Part shown: positions 45,197 to 55,777 of the stretch, in pieces
Numbering within the stretch: position 1 is the first letter of the stretch
Layout of the letters: each line of letters opens with the position of its first letter
Source: a virus
Lineage: Duplodnaviria > Heunggongvirae > Uroviricota > Caudoviricetes
DNA length: 64,000 bases
IMG/VR virus record: IMGVR_UViG_2837719392_000001
Reading direction: 5' to 3' (one strand)
The notes under the pieces: generated by a model
What the model was told of the DNA's origin: nothing
Database searches by the model: none
The model's input: the letters and a program-made list of their open reading frames with translations, nothing else
Program-made: the position numbers and the translations under genes

Positions 45197-47014
45197 ATGG
45201 CAAAAACATTAAAAAAACCAAAGTATGATGCATTAACATTTGCATATTCAAAAAAAGAAGCAGGGAAAATGATTCCTAATACAACTTTTACAGCAGGAGG
45301 AGAAGATGAAAGATTCTATAGTATTAAAAACAAGACAATCTTGCCATCTACTGGAAAAGTAGCATCTATATTATCTGATAAGATTGCAAAAGCAATTTTA
45401 GAATCTCAGTTAACAAATGATGAAACGATGATAGGATGGGGTAAAAATGGAACTGAGCAATTTATTTATGGAGAATTGCCTGGTGGTTCTGCAAGTGATA
45501 TAGAAAAATTCATTATTAACTTAGATGAAAAGAAAATCTATGCAACGAATATCTATTCACATCTTTTATATAAAGTTATCCTAGCATATGACTTATTGCA
45601 ATTTGTCTTAGCTGGTGAAAAAGCAACAGATGAACAAAGAGAGGCTTATGAGATTTTAGCAGGTATTAACTATTTACCTACTGAACCTTTTGATGAAACA
45701 TCTATTTTAGTAGATTCGGCTGAAAAAGAAAGTTTTGTCACTTTATGTGATAGTATTTTACAAACAGCATCAATGTTTAATGGTTATGAGTTTGATACTG
45801 AAATACCTAATAAAGATAAGGACTTTGATATCTATGCTAATAAGATTAAATATAATCTTTTGCCATTAGTTGCTATGCATAATAAGGTTGATGATATGTC
45901 TATTGATACTGGAGAAGAAGATGAAGATGGAAATCCTATCTATATTCCGGAAATCAAACCTCTCAAAGTCAAAAGAAAGAAAAAAGGAGCGAAATCTAAA
46001 GCAAACTCATCTATTCCGTATAAAGATAGAGATTATACGTTAATGACTGATGAAGAAGCTGAAGATTTACCTGAAGAATTAAAGATTCAAAGAGATGCAT
46101 GTATTGAACTTTATGAAAGAAATAAAGAGTTTATGGATGATAATGATGAGCTTTGGGAATGTATCTTAAGCTTCTATCATGGAAACATCTGGAAAATGGG
46201 ATTCTTTGGACCATCTGCTTCTGGGAAAACAACGTTTGTCAGAATGATGGCAGGAGCATTAAAATTACCTTTCGCACTGGTAACAGGTAATAGAGATACA
46301 GAAACAGCACAGTTGTTTGGACATATGACAATCAAAGATGGAGATATGGTCTTCGTTGATGGCCCATTGACTCAAATTGCGAGATACGGTGGTATCTTCT
46401 TATTTGATGAAAGAAATATGGTCAACGCTGGTGTCGTGTCAGCGACAAACAACTTGCTTGATGATACTCGTATGTGTACAATTCCTCAAACTGGAGAAAC
46501 TATCAGAGCTCATAAAAACTTCAGATATTGTGAAGCTTTCAATATTGGATATGAAGGGACAAAAGAAGACAACTTGTCACATATTTCACGTATTGATGAA
46601 TTCCATAAATTGGCACATACAGATGAAACAGAAGCTAAAATCGTCGTTGCGAATTCTGGAATTGAATTAGGAGTAGCCAAAACGATGATTCAAGTCAAAA
46701 ACAATATCACAAAAGAAATCATAGAAGACGGGGATGAAACTACTCAAAGAGTAGATTTACGTTCTTGTATTTCATGGGCTAAAAAGACAATGGATTTGGA
46801 AGGTAATGCATTAAGAGCAGCACTTTCTACAATCTTAACACCTCTATCAAAAGAAGTTGATACAGTTTTAAGCAGTAATAATATCAAGAACTTCTCTGCT
46901 ACAGGGGACCCTGTCGTAGATTATGCTTCTAATGAGATTAGAAAATATTTCGATGAAAGTGTTAAAAAGAAAGTCATCAAGAAAGAATATGAATTTGAAA
47001 AATATGAACTTTAA
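45197..47014 (+). CDS. MoxR/CbbQ-like AAA+ ATPase (AAA_5) with about 300-aa N-terminal extension
   Basis: Walker A FFGPSASGKTTFV, Walker B IFLFDE, sensor residues. Confidence 0.65.
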   Translation: MAKTLKKPKYDALTFAYSKKEAGKMIPNTTFTAGGEDERFYSIKNKTILPSTGKVASILSDKIAKAILESQLTNDETMIGWGKNGTEQFIYGELPGGSASDIEKFIINLDEKKIYATNIYSHLLYKVILAYDLLQFVLAGEKATDEQREAYEILAGINYLPTEPFDETSILVDSAEKESFVTLCDSILQTASMFNGYEFDTEIPNKDKDFDIYANKIKYNLLPLVAMHNKVDDMSIDTGEEDEDGNPIYIPEIKPLKVKRKKKGAKSKANSSIPYKDRDYTLMTDEEAEDLPEELKIQRDACIELYERNKEFMDDNDELWECILSFYHGNIWKMGFFGPSASGKTTFVRMMAGALKLPFALVTGNRDTETAQLFGHMTIKDGDMVFVDGPLTQIARYGGIFLFDERNMVNAGVVSATNNLLDDTRMCTIPQTGETIRAHKNFRYCEAFNIGYEGTKEDNLSHISRIDEFHKLAHTDETEAKIVVANSGIELGVAKTMIQVKNNITKEIIEDGDETTQRVDLRSCISWAKKTMDLEGNALRAALSTILTPLSKEVDTVLSSNNIKNFSATGDPVVDYASNEIRKYFDESVKKKVIKKEYEFEKYEL

Positions 47015-47024
47015 GAATTGAAAA

Positions 47025-47052
47025 GGCTGGTATTTCAGCCTTTTTATTTTAA
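47025..47052 (+). terminator. rho-independent terminator
   Basis: AAGGCTG-n7-CAGCCTT + TTTATTTT. Confidence 0.5.
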
Positions 47053-47066
47053 GGAAGGAGTAAATT

Positions 47067-49334
47067 ATGAAAAGAAAAACAGGAAAATTAATGAAAAAGA
47101 AGGTTAAGAAGATTTTAACTGGCATTGAGTTGCTTACAAGTAAAGGTTATAGAGCCAGCTATAAAAGTATGGCTGAAACTTATTGTAAACAGCCTCTTCA
47201 ATTTAAAATGCTTTTAAATGCAGGAAGTTTTACAAGTGTTAATGATAAAGGTCAGACATTGATGAATATTGACTTGAATATGTTTAGAGATGATAAGTTT
47301 TCAACATCTCACTATCATCTGTTTGCTAAAGGCGTGATTTTACATGAATCCGGTCATGTTTTATATAGTGATTTTGATGTGATTAGAAAAAACGCAGATA
47401 ATGTGAATCAGTTAAGAAATCAAATCAAGGCAATCGGAGAGGCATACTATCAAGAATCTGACCCTATTCTCAAACAGGACTGTGAAACAAAATTGTATGA
47501 TGCCATTTTAGAATTTACTAAGGCAAGTAATCTACCAGATGTCCTAAACTCTTTTGAAGATGCTGCAGTAGAGAGAGTCATGTCAGAAATGGGTAAAGAT
47601 GAAAATGGAAGCATTGCTTTTACAAGAAATTATATTGTAGAAAAAGATACACAACATAAATTAGATGGCATCAATAACGATGCGATTCCATTGGATTCAG
47701 ACAACTGGAATCAAGCCACTTTGGATGGAATTATCACTGAAGCCAGATTAATGGCTACAGCAGGATATAGAATGGCTATTGATATGACTATCATATCGCA
47801 TACTTTTGAGCCTGCAGAAATCAATCAGATTAAGGATATCTGTCAATATGTGAGATTTATGTCCAATACAACAGAAGATAGAAATATTTCCAGTGAAGTC
47901 TTCTTGGATATGTGTCAACCAATTATCGAGAAGATAGCGCAAGACTTAACAAACGCTTATATCAGAGATATTGATTATGCTGAAGACCAGTTGAACAACA
48001 TGCAACAAAACGCAAATGCATCTACTCAATCAACAGGTGGTCCAGGAAGCCAGCCAACTCAAGCAGGAGGAAATGGATTGCCTGGGCAAAAAGGAGGAAG
48101 TCAACCTCAGCCTACATCAAATAAGAATAGTTTACCTCTGCCTGATAGCCTAAAGAAACAATTACAAAACAAAGCCAATCAAACAGGGCAGCTATTAAGT
48201 GTTGGTGGACAGGGTTCAAACCAAGGAGACGCTTCACATGATGGACAGGGAGCAGATGGCGCAGGCACAGGAAATGAAAATAATAATGCTACATCAGGAG
48301 GAGGTTCAGGTGATGGGCCAAATGGAACATCAATCCCTAATGCGACAAAAACAAGTGAAGAGTTAAGTGATGAAAGTGTTACTGATATGACAGAGGCATT
48401 AAATAATGCAAAAAAGACTTTTCAGCGAAATGAAGATATGGTTCAAGATTCATTAATTAAAAGCGACCATAATATCAGAGCAGCCGAAGGACGCTGTCAT
48501 AAAGGTATTGGAATCAGCATAACAGACATCAATGATGTTTTGGATTTATCAGATTCTCGTGAAGGAAAAGAAGCCCAAAAAACAATTCAAAAAGATAATT
48601 TGAACATCTATGTTAATGAATTATCTAAAAAAATTAAAAAAGTTCTTATGAGAAAAGGCATGGATGATACATCAAGAGGACGTTATGAAGGAGATATTGA
48701 TTTCTCAAATCTTCATAGAATCAAAACAGACTGCCAGTTATTTAAAAAGGATATCGAAGGTAAGACAAACAAAATAAGATTTGCTATTCTTGTAGACGAA
48801 TCTGGAAGCATGTATGGTACAGAACTGTATAATGCCATATTAGGATGTTGGATGATTGCAAAAGCTGCACAAAAACTCAAAATCCCATTTGCTGTTTATG
48901 GCCATGATGAAGATGATGAGTTTGAACTCAGAAAGTACATCTCATATGAAAAATGTAAGAAAAATACAGCATTGAACTCATTATTTAAAATGAGTTCTAG
49001 AGGATGCAACAGAGATGGCCTGGCAATTTTCCATGTTTGTAGAGAATTAATTAAACATGCACAAGATGACGAGGATTTGTATTTTATCATCTTGAGTGAT
49101 GGACAACCAAATGGACACAATTATGGTGGACAACCGGCAATCGATGACATGAGAGAAGTTATCAATACTTTCAAAAAGCATTACAACGTCCATTCAATTG
49201 GAATTGGGATTGGAGATTTTAATTTTGAAAATATTGGCGTCATCTATGATAATCATGTCTGCGTAAAAGACGTGAAAGAATTGCCTAATGAGATGTTCAA
49301 GATTTTTAAACAGATTTTAAAAGTAGAAAGATAG
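47067..49334 (+). CDS. von Willebrand factor A (VWA) domain protein, CobT-like partner of the AAA+ ATPase
   Basis: C-terminal MIDAS motif ILVDESGSM. Central G/Q/S/P-rich low-complexity linker. Confidence 0.65.
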   Translation: MKRKTGKLMKKKVKKILTGIELLTSKGYRASYKSMAETYCKQPLQFKMLLNAGSFTSVNDKGQTLMNIDLNMFRDDKFSTSHYHLFAKGVILHESGHVLYSDFDVIRKNADNVNQLRNQIKAIGEAYYQESDPILKQDCETKLYDAILEFTKASNLPDVLNSFEDAAVERVMSEMGKDENGSIAFTRNYIVEKDTQHKLDGINNDAIPLDSDNWNQATLDGIITEARLMATAGYRMAIDMTIISHTFEPAEINQIKDICQYVRFMSNTTEDRNISSEVFLDMCQPIIEKIAQDLTNAYIRDIDYAEDQLNNMQQNANASTQSTGGPGSQPTQAGGNGLPGQKGGSQPQPTSNKNSLPLPDSLKKQLQNKANQTGQLLSVGGQGSNQGDASHDGQGADGAGTGNENNNATSGGGSGDGPNGTSIPNATKTSEELSDESVTDMTEALNNAKKTFQRNEDMVQDSLIKSDHNIRAAEGRCHKGIGISITDINDVLDLSDSREGKEAQKTIQKDNLNIYVNELSKKIKKVLMRKGMDDTSRGRYEGDIDFSNLHRIKTDCQLFKKDIEGKTNKIRFAILVDESGSMYGTELYNAILGCWMIAKAAQKLKIPFAVYGHDEDDEFELRKYISYEKCKKNTALNSLFKMSSRGCNRDGLAIFHVCRELIKHAQDDEDLYFIILSDGQPNGHNYGGQPAIDDMREVINTFKKHYNVHSIGIGIGDFNFENIGVIYDNHVCVKDVKELPNEMFKIFKQILKVER

Positions 49335-49467
49335 TATAGGCTGGGACGAATCATTATTTATTATTCGTTCCGACCTTTTCTTTTTTAAATATGTTATACT
49401 ATACATGTAGAAATAAACGATGAATGTATCTCACTGATACATTTTTTTTATAAAGGAGAGTGAAAGA

Positions 49468-50001
49468 ATGTCAGACAGATTAGATGGACAATATATCGTA
49501 TTGGACATTGAATTTACGAAATCTAAAGAAAGGACAGAAATTATTGAAATTGGAGCTCAAAGGCTTTTATCATACAACTATGGAACTCGGGTAAAAGAAA
49601 GCGACTCTTTCAATAAACTTGTCAAACCCCTTCATTTACCAAAACAATCTCTTTTGGATTTGCTAGGAATGAAGAAGGAAGACTTACAAGAAGCACAAAA
49701 CTTTGCTAATGTCTTTCAAGAATTCTTAGAATGGGTAGGCGATGAAAATACTTTTTATGTTGTATGGGGAACAAGAGACCCTAAGATTATAGAAAAGGAG
49801 TGCAAAAATTATCATTTAGTTAAAGAATTTCAAAGTATGGATTTCATCGATATTCAATCATATACGATGTTACAGGACAAAATAAAAAACTTGCCATCAT
49901 TAGCAAGCATGGTTAAGAAGTATGGAGAATTTGAAGGGAAACAACATAACGCATTAAACGACGCTGTCAATACAAGTAAAATTCTAAAGAATATTATTTA
50001 A
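49468..50001 (+). CDS. DEDDh 3'-5' exonuclease (DnaQ/epsilon-like)
   Basis: Exo I VLDIEFT, Exo II VVWGTRD, Exo III HNALNDAVNT. Confidence 0.7.
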   Translation: MSDRLDGQYIVLDIEFTKSKERTEIIEIGAQRLLSYNYGTRVKESDSFNKLVKPLHLPKQSLLDLLGMKKEDLQEAQNFANVFQEFLEWVGDENTFYVVWGTRDPKIIEKECKNYHLVKEFQSMDFIDIQSYTMLQDKIKNLPSLASMVKKYGEFEGKQHNALNDAVNTSKILKNII

Positions 50002-50158
50002 TTGCATGAAAAAGGAGGGTGGGAAGATAACGAATATGAATATTTTAAACTCTAGCAAAGCGTTCCACCCACTTTTTCATTTCTATATTGATATAATTTA
50101 GGAATAGGAATATAATTATATTAGATATAGATAACAAACGATAGAAAGGAGAATAATT

Positions 50159-50278
50159 ATGAATGGAAAACGTGTATTAAAATCTGTAAAGAAAAGAGTT
50201 TCAATTGCTGAGAAAAATTCCAAAATTTCTAGAAATATGCAGTATACAAATGGAGCATGGAATGATTCTCATAGATAG
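50159..50278 (+). CDS. candidate RiPP precursor peptide (39 aa): MNGKRVLKSVKKRVSIAEKNSKISRNMQYTNGAWNDSHR
   Basis: AAAGGAG RBS 7 nt upstream. Followed by hairpin + T-run, then modification-enzyme genes. Not in the ORF track (<60 aa). Confidence 0.45.
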   Translation: MNGKRVLKSVKKRVSIAEKNSKISRNMQYTNGAWNDSHR

Positions 50279-50286
50279 AATTTAAA

Positions 50287-50320
50287 GAGCTGTAACGATT
50301 ATTACGTTACAGCCTCTTTT
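50287..50320 (+). terminator. hairpin + T-run (attenuator/terminator) between precursor and enzyme genes
   Basis: GAGCTGTAACG-ATTATTA-CGTTACAGCCTC + TTTT. Confidence 0.55.
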
Positions 50321-50327
50321 CACATAT

Positions 50328-51050
50328 ATGAATTATATTTTTTTATTACCATTTGCTTTTGGTGGAAATCCTGCATGTGAATCAGGCCCTAGAGCTGCAT
50401 ATAATATAATAAAGGATAACTTCTCTACTCAGAAATACTCTGTTTTTATTATTGAACAAAAAATCAATGAAAGTCCGGAAAATTATTTATTAAAAGTAGA
50501 AGATATTATTGATAAAGAGGTTATAGATAATTCAAAATGTTGTGTAATTGGTGGAAATCATCTTTCTATATTACCTGTTTATAAACATATAATTAAATCT
50601 AACTTGTTATCTAATTTTTTAATATTAGATGCTCATCGAGATTTTTATCCTCAAAACGATTTATCCCATTCTACTTTTTTAAAATACATATCTCATGATA
50701 ATAATTTTTTGTTGGTGGGTTGTAGAGATAAAAATAGACATCATTCATTTATTAGAAATACAAAAGTGATTTTTAAAGAAGATTATAAAGAGTTATTACA
50801 AATAGATATGAATAAAATAAATATGATAGATATAGATTTAGATGTAATAGATGAAAGTGAATTTGCCAGTTATTCAGATTATATCCCAAATGGGCTTTCG
50901 CTAAATCAAATTCGTGAAATAATTTCATTATCTAAAAACAGGGAGGCACAGTTTTTATCAATTTCAGAATATAATCCTATTTTTGATTATGGACAAAAGG
51001 ATTTACTAAAAATAATTGATTTAATTAATCTATTTTTTGATGATTATTAA
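50328..51050 (+). CDS. arginase/agmatinase-family (ureohydrolase) enzyme, short form. Candidate peptide arginase.
   Basis: Ureohydrolase motifs GGNHLS, LDAHRD, DIDLDVIDES. N-terminal GGNPACESGPRAAY resembles the arginase N-terminal loop. Confidence 0.55.
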   Translation: MNYIFLLPFAFGGNPACESGPRAAYNIIKDNFSTQKYSVFIIEQKINESPENYLLKVEDIIDKEVIDNSKCCVIGGNHLSILPVYKHIIKSNLLSNFLILDAHRDFYPQNDLSHSTFLKYISHDNNFLLVGCRDKNRHHSFIRNTKVIFKEDYKELLQIDMNKINMIDIDLDVIDESEFASYSDYIPNGLSLNQIREIISLSKNREAQFLSISEYNPIFDYGQKDLLKIIDLINLFFDDY

Positions 51051-51069
51051 TAATAGGAGGTAAAATGAT

Positions 51070-52140
51070 ATGTTAATGCAGAGTTTTATCATACCCATAA
51101 TTAAAGTAACTGATTCATGTAACTTTAATTGTGAATTTTGTTATTATTCACAAAAAAAATTACATTCAGAATTAATGACACTCGAATTATGTAAGAAAAT
51201 AATAAAAGAAACATTTGAATATAATGCTAAGATGGGAAATAAAAGAATGAGAATAATTTTTCATGGTGGAGAGCCTTTACTTCAACCCATAACCTTTTAT
51301 AAAGAGTTATATAATTTTGAAAATGAGTTAAAACATAACTATCAAATGGATATTTTACATTCAATTCAAACGAATGGTTACAATATTAATAATCAATGGA
51401 TTGAATTATTTCAAATAATGAATATGGATGTTGGAATTAGTATTGATGGCCCTGATTTTCTTAATTTCCATTATAATGAATTAGGTCAGAAAAAGTGCAC
51501 TGATAAAGTTTTAGAGAATATACAATTATTAAATCAGAATAACATCTCTTATGGAATAATTAGTGTAATTACAAATTCTCATCTTAATTATGCAAAAGAA
51601 ATGTATGATTTCTGTATTAAAAATGATATACATAATCTAAGTCTTAATTATTGTTATAATGATGACTCAGATGATAGTGTTGATACGAAAGAATTAGTTT
51701 TTTTCCTAAAAGAACTTTTTGATTTATATTTTAATGGTGATTATGAGTTAAATATTAGAGAATTTAATGAGTCTATTGCAAAAATACTAGGGTATTGTAG
51801 TGATACATGTGCAACATGTAGTAGGGAAAATTGTGGGCAGTATATGTCTTTTGATTCCTATGGAAATGTATTCTTTTGTGATAATGCATATGATAAAAAT
51901 AATGCAATTGGAAATTTATATAATTCTTCATTATATGATATTATTGACTCCTCAAGATATTTAACAGAAATAATTAAATCAAGACGAAATTATGAAGAAA
52001 ACTGTAAAAATTGCTCACTATCTTTTGTGTGTGGAAGTGGATGTTATAGATATGATAACAACCTTGGAGTTAATTATTTTTGTCCAACCATGAAAGCGAT
52101 TAACAATTATATTATAAATAAAATAAATAATAATGATTAA
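51070..52140 (+). CDS. radical SAM enzyme with C-terminal SPASM domain (peptide-modifying maturase type)
   Basis: CNFNCEFC (CxxxCxxC). C-terminal Cys cluster CATCSRENCGQ...FFCDN...CKNCSLSFVCGSGCY. Confidence 0.7.
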   Translation: MLMQSFIIPIIKVTDSCNFNCEFCYYSQKKLHSELMTLELCKKIIKETFEYNAKMGNKRMRIIFHGGEPLLQPITFYKELYNFENELKHNYQMDILHSIQTNGYNINNQWIELFQIMNMDVGISIDGPDFLNFHYNELGQKKCTDKVLENIQLLNQNNISYGIISVITNSHLNYAKEMYDFCIKNDIHNLSLNYCYNDDSDDSVDTKELVFFLKELFDLYFNGDYELNIREFNESIAKILGYCSDTCATCSRENCGQYMSFDSYGNVFFCDNAYDKNNAIGNLYNSSLYDIIDSSRYLTEIIKSRRNYEENCKNCSLSFVCGSGCYRYDNNLGVNYFCPTMKAINNYIINKINNND

Positions 52141-52167
52141 AAAAAGTTGAAAAAAAATCAACTTTTT

Positions 52168-52638
52168 TTAATGAGTAATTACTAACAGTATCATTAGAAA
52201 TATAATATATCCAATCAACATCATCAAAGCCAGAGGAATCATAATGCTCTGTTTTTCTTTTAAGCTTCCACCATGATTCTTTCTTTTTTGCATAAATTTA
52301 TATAAGCAATAGAACCATGAAACAACAAATGTGATAAGAAAGAGTAGGAGGCTGTTTTCCATACCTAATAGAGAACCTACTGCTAACATCAGTTTGGCAT
52401 CTCCGCCTCCTATTTGGTGGAGTTTAAAAAGGATGAAACATATAATAAATAATGGAATCAACCATATCTGATTTTTCAATCCTTCCAACCATCCATATAA
52501 AAACATGCTATTGATAATACCTATAGGAATAAATGGTAATGTCATATAATTGGGTATGATTCGTTTCCTTGCATCGCTGTAGGCTGTTAATACCAGTAAG
52601 ATAAAAGTCAATATAATATCTAAATAAAGCATATACAC
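52168..52638 (-). CDS. A24-family prepilin/leader peptidase-like membrane protease
   Basis: DARKRIIPN and IGGGDAKLM motifs. Multiple TM helices. Confidence 0.6.
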   Translation of the reverse strand: MYMLYLDIILTFILLVLTAYSDARKRIIPNYMTLPFIPIGIINSMFLYGWLEGLKNQIWLIPLFIICFILFKLHQIGGGDAKLMLAVGSLLGMENSLLLFLITFVVSWFYCLYKFMQKRKNHGGSLKEKQSIMIPLALMMLIGYIIFLMILLVITH

Positions 52639-52657
52639 CTCCTAAAAAGAGACTGTC

Positions 52658-54298
52658 TTAGGCAGCCTCTTTTACATTTATATATAATTTTTCGATATCC
52701 TGTGCTAATAAGGTTTCTTTTTCTAGAAGACTTTTAGCAATGGTATCTAAAAGTGATTGATTTTCCTTGATAATATGAGTTGCTTCTTCATGGCATTGTT
52801 TTAAAAGGGTATTCACTTCCTCATCAAGTTTCTTTTGAGTTTCTTGAGAGGCTTGGTTATCAACTTTCATCAATCCCATTTTCCCCATCCCAAAAGAGCC
52901 AACATATCTTCTGGCAAGATTCGTAGCTTTTTCAATGTCATTGGATGCACCAGCCGTTATATCATCGAAGAAAAGTTCCTCTGCGACACGACCTGATAAT
53001 AACCCAACGATTTCATCATGAATAGAGCCTTTTGTAGGGAAAAATGTTTCTTCTTTTGGCATCATGAGGTTGTATCCTCCAGCTTCTCCACGAGGAATGA
53101 TTGTGACTTTTTCTACCTTCTTTGCATTTTCCAGGACAAGACCAGCAACGGCATGACCTGCTTCATGATAAGCGACAATTTTTCTTTCTTTATCAGTATA
53201 CTGATGTGTTGTTTTTGATGGTCCCATCAAGACTCTATCCACAGCTTCATCAATAAGGGAATCATTGATAGCATTTTGATGGAATCTGACAGCTAAAAGT
53301 GCCGCTTCATTCATAAGTGCAGCTAATTCAGCATTAGAAAATCCCTGTGTTTTCTTAGCAATACTTTCAAAATTCAAATTATCAATCTTTTTATTCTTTG
53401 CGTGCAACTTAAGGACATCAATGCGTTCTTCATATGTTGGTAAACCGACATAAATTTGTCTATCGAATCGTCCAGGACGAAGCAATGCAGAATCTAACAT
53501 ATCCTTACGATTTGTGGCAGCAATGACAATGTAGTTATTATCTTTGGTAAATCCATCCATCTCAACCAATAACTGATTAAGCGTATGTTCACTTTCTTTG
53601 TTATAACCGTTACTGCTTCTTTTTCCTCCCATTGCATCAATCTCATCAATGAAGATAATGCATGGTTCCTTGCTTTCTCTTGCAGAGTCAAATAGCTTTC
53701 TCACTCTTTCAGCTCCAACTCCAACAAACTTTTCAACGAATTCAGAACCTGAAGTATATAAAAACTTCACACCTGCTTCACCAGCTACAGCTCTGGCAAG
53801 TAATGTTTTCCCTGTGCCTGGAGGGCCTTCAAATAGGATTCCATGAGGAATTGTTGCTCCCATACTATGATATTTTGAGGGCTGCTTTAAAAAGTCGATG
53901 ATTTCGTATAATTCATCCTTTACTTCTTTAAATCCGGCGATGTCGTTTAAAGTGATATCGCTATGAGAAGGAGTAAATTCATTGCCAACATTTTTTTCAG
54001 TCATCTTTTCATTAATCATATCTTTAATTTTATTACTGTCAGCAGAAGAATTGACTGCTGTTTTCTTAGTTTCCTGTAAATAAGCAGTTGCAATCAGTTT
54101 GGCTTTATCCTTATATTCATTTCTTTCAATCTCAATAGTCTTCATTTTATAATAATATAAGCCTATGATGACAAAACTGGCAATGCCAATTAATGTCATC
54201 ATAATAAAACCAATCATAGAAATAGATGTAAAAAAATATATAAATAACAGTGCTAGAATATAAATGACACCGTAAATTTTAATGTATGTGTTTTTCAT
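52658..54298 (-). CDS. FtsH-like AAA+ zinc metalloprotease (short form)
   Basis: N-terminal TM, Walker [19 protein letters not shown] zinc motif. Start trimmed to the Met with AAGAGG RBS. Confidence 0.75.
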   Translation of the reverse strand: MKNTYIKIYGVIYILALLFIYFFTSISMIGFIMMTLIGIASFVIIGLYYYKMKTIEIERNEYKDKAKLIATAYLQETKKTAVNSSADSNKIKDMINEKMTEKNVGNEFTPSHSDITLNDIAGFKEVKDELYEIIDFLKQPSKYHSMGATIPHGILFEGPPGTGKTLLARAVAGEAGVKFLYTSGSEFVEKFVGVGAERVRKLFDSARESKEPCIIFIDEIDAMGGKRSSNGYNKESEHTLNQLLVEMDGFTKDNNYIVIAATNRKDMLDSALLRPGRFDRQIYVGLPTYEERIDVLKLHAKNKKIDNLNFESIAKKTQGFSNAELAALMNEAALLAVRFHQNAINDSLIDEAVDRVLMGPSKTTHQYTDKERKIVAYHEAGHAVAGLVLENAKKVEKVTIIPRGEAGGYNLMMPKEETFFPTKGSIHDEIVGLLSGRVAEELFFDDITAGASNDIEKATNLARRYVGSFGMGKMGLMKVDNQASQETQKKLDEEVNTLLKQCHEEATHIIKENQSLLDTIAKSLLEKETLLAQDIEKLYINVKEAA

Positions 54299-54427
54299 AT
54301 CATAACCTCTTTTCCCTGCTAATAGCATTTGTCTTTAGCTTTTTCACAAGTCTATTTTACCATAAATCCTAAAAAATATCAAGAAAAATTTAGGGAAATA
54401 ACAAAAAAGAGAATTTTTCATTCTCTT

Positions 54428-54934
54428 TTACTTTTTATATAGCTTATGAAATAGAGAGGATATGAAATCATTTTCGTATACGACTTTGGCATAAACGTCC
54501 TCTACATTAATTTCACCAATAATTCTAGAATCAATAGAATTATTTCTATTATCACCCATGACAAATACGCAGTCTTGAGAAACAGTCACTTCTTCCATGT
54601 CAGAATACATCTGTTCACTGATATAGGATTCTTCTTGTTTTTCTCCATTGATATAAAGATATCCATCCATAATAGCGACTGTATCGCCAGCAACAGCAAT
54701 GACTCTTTTAATGATATATTCTGCTCCTATGTTGTATTGGGAACAGTCAACAATAACGACATCCTGACGGGCATAGTTTCTATCTATTTTAACGCCTAGA
54801 ACGACATCCCTGTCTTCGTAAGTGGGATGCATTGATTCTCCTGATACTATGGCAGTAGCAAATGTCACTTGTACACCAAAAAAAACAGCTAAACATAAAA
54901 GAACAAATCCAATTTTTTCAATTATCTTTTTCAT
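54428..54934 (-). CDS. lepB: signal peptidase I (S26)
   Basis: SGESMHPT and GDNRNNSIDSR boxes. N-terminal TM. Confidence 0.8.
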   Translation of the reverse strand: MKKIIEKIGFVLLCLAVFFGVQVTFATAIVSGESMHPTYEDRDVVLGVKIDRNYARQDVVIVDCSQYNIGAEYIIKRVIAVAGDTVAIMDGYLYINGEKQEESYISEQMYSDMEEVTVSQDCVFVMGDNRNNSIDSRIIGEINVEDVYAKVVYENDFISSLFHKLYKK

Positions 54935-54937
54935 GTT

Positions 54938-55414
54938 TTATCCCTCCAGTCGTGTTGCTGAGAATTCTTCGTTGGTGTTGAGATTGACTATGCTTAAGCT
55001 ATTGATACCATTCATCTGAAAAGCAAATTCACTGCTTTGCTTAGATAATGAAGAAGAATAGTTTTCACCATTCAAAATAAAGGTATCATAATTCATTTTA
55101 TAATAATAGATATGTTTTTCTAATAGACTTGCTTTATTGGATTCTGGTGCTTGAATGGCTTCTAATGCATCTTCTTGTGTTAAAACAGTAGGGGAAGTGG
55201 CATGATAATAACTCTCTTTTGTGTTGTCCTGATACCAGTAAAATTCATCTTCAGATATCACCATGACACTTCCATTGTTCAATATCCATTCTCCTTCAAT
55301 CCCTGGTACATGTTGGGTACAGCCTATTAGCAAAAGGCTTAGTAAAAAGAAGAGACTAATCCTTTTGAAGTACCCAATGTTCAATTTCTTTAGCGAGTTC
55401 ATTATTTTTCTCAT
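54938..55414 (-). CDS. lipoprotein (LIGC lipobox)
   Basis: N-terminus ...ISLFFLLSLLLIGCTQ. Confidence 0.45.
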   Translation of the reverse strand: MRKIMNSLKKLNIGYFKRISLFFLLSLLLIGCTQHVPGIEGEWILNNGSVMVISEDEFYWYQDNTKESYYHATSPTVLTQEDALEAIQAPESNKASLLEKHIYYYKMNYDTFILNGENYSSSLSKQSSEFAFQMNGINSLSIVNLNTNEEFSATRLEG

Positions 55415-55775
55415 ATACACGATAAAATTTATAAGATTTTCCTTCTGCAGTGATTTTGAAGTATCTTGGAGCTATGTGTATTTTATCAATGGAATGAAAC
55501 GTATATTCTTTATCATTAACATGGAATGTAATAGCATCATCTATCACAACACTATCATTATGCCTTTTCATAATGTCTGAAATAGGGTGAGTGTAGATAG
55601 TATGTCCTATGATTATCAAGATGACTGCTAGGAAGATGAGAATCAAACCTTGCCAAATGGCCATATACCTTAAGACTGTGATACTGAATAAAAGTAATGT
55701 AAATAATGTGGCGAATGATATTTTTTTTAATCCCATAGCCTGTTTTTCATCATATAAATATGTCACTCCCTTCAC
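55356..55775 (-). CDS. membrane protein with bacterial PH-like domain
   Basis: Two TM helices then a small soluble domain. 139 aa. Confidence 0.4.
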   Translation of the reverse strand: MKGVTYLYDEKQAMGLKKISFATLFTLLLFSITVLRYMAIWQGLILIFLAVILIIIGHTIYTHPISDIMKRHNDSVVIDDAITFHVNDKEYTFHSIDKIHIAPRYFKITAEGKSYKFYRVYEKNNELAKEIEHWVLQKD

Positions 55776-55777
55776 CT

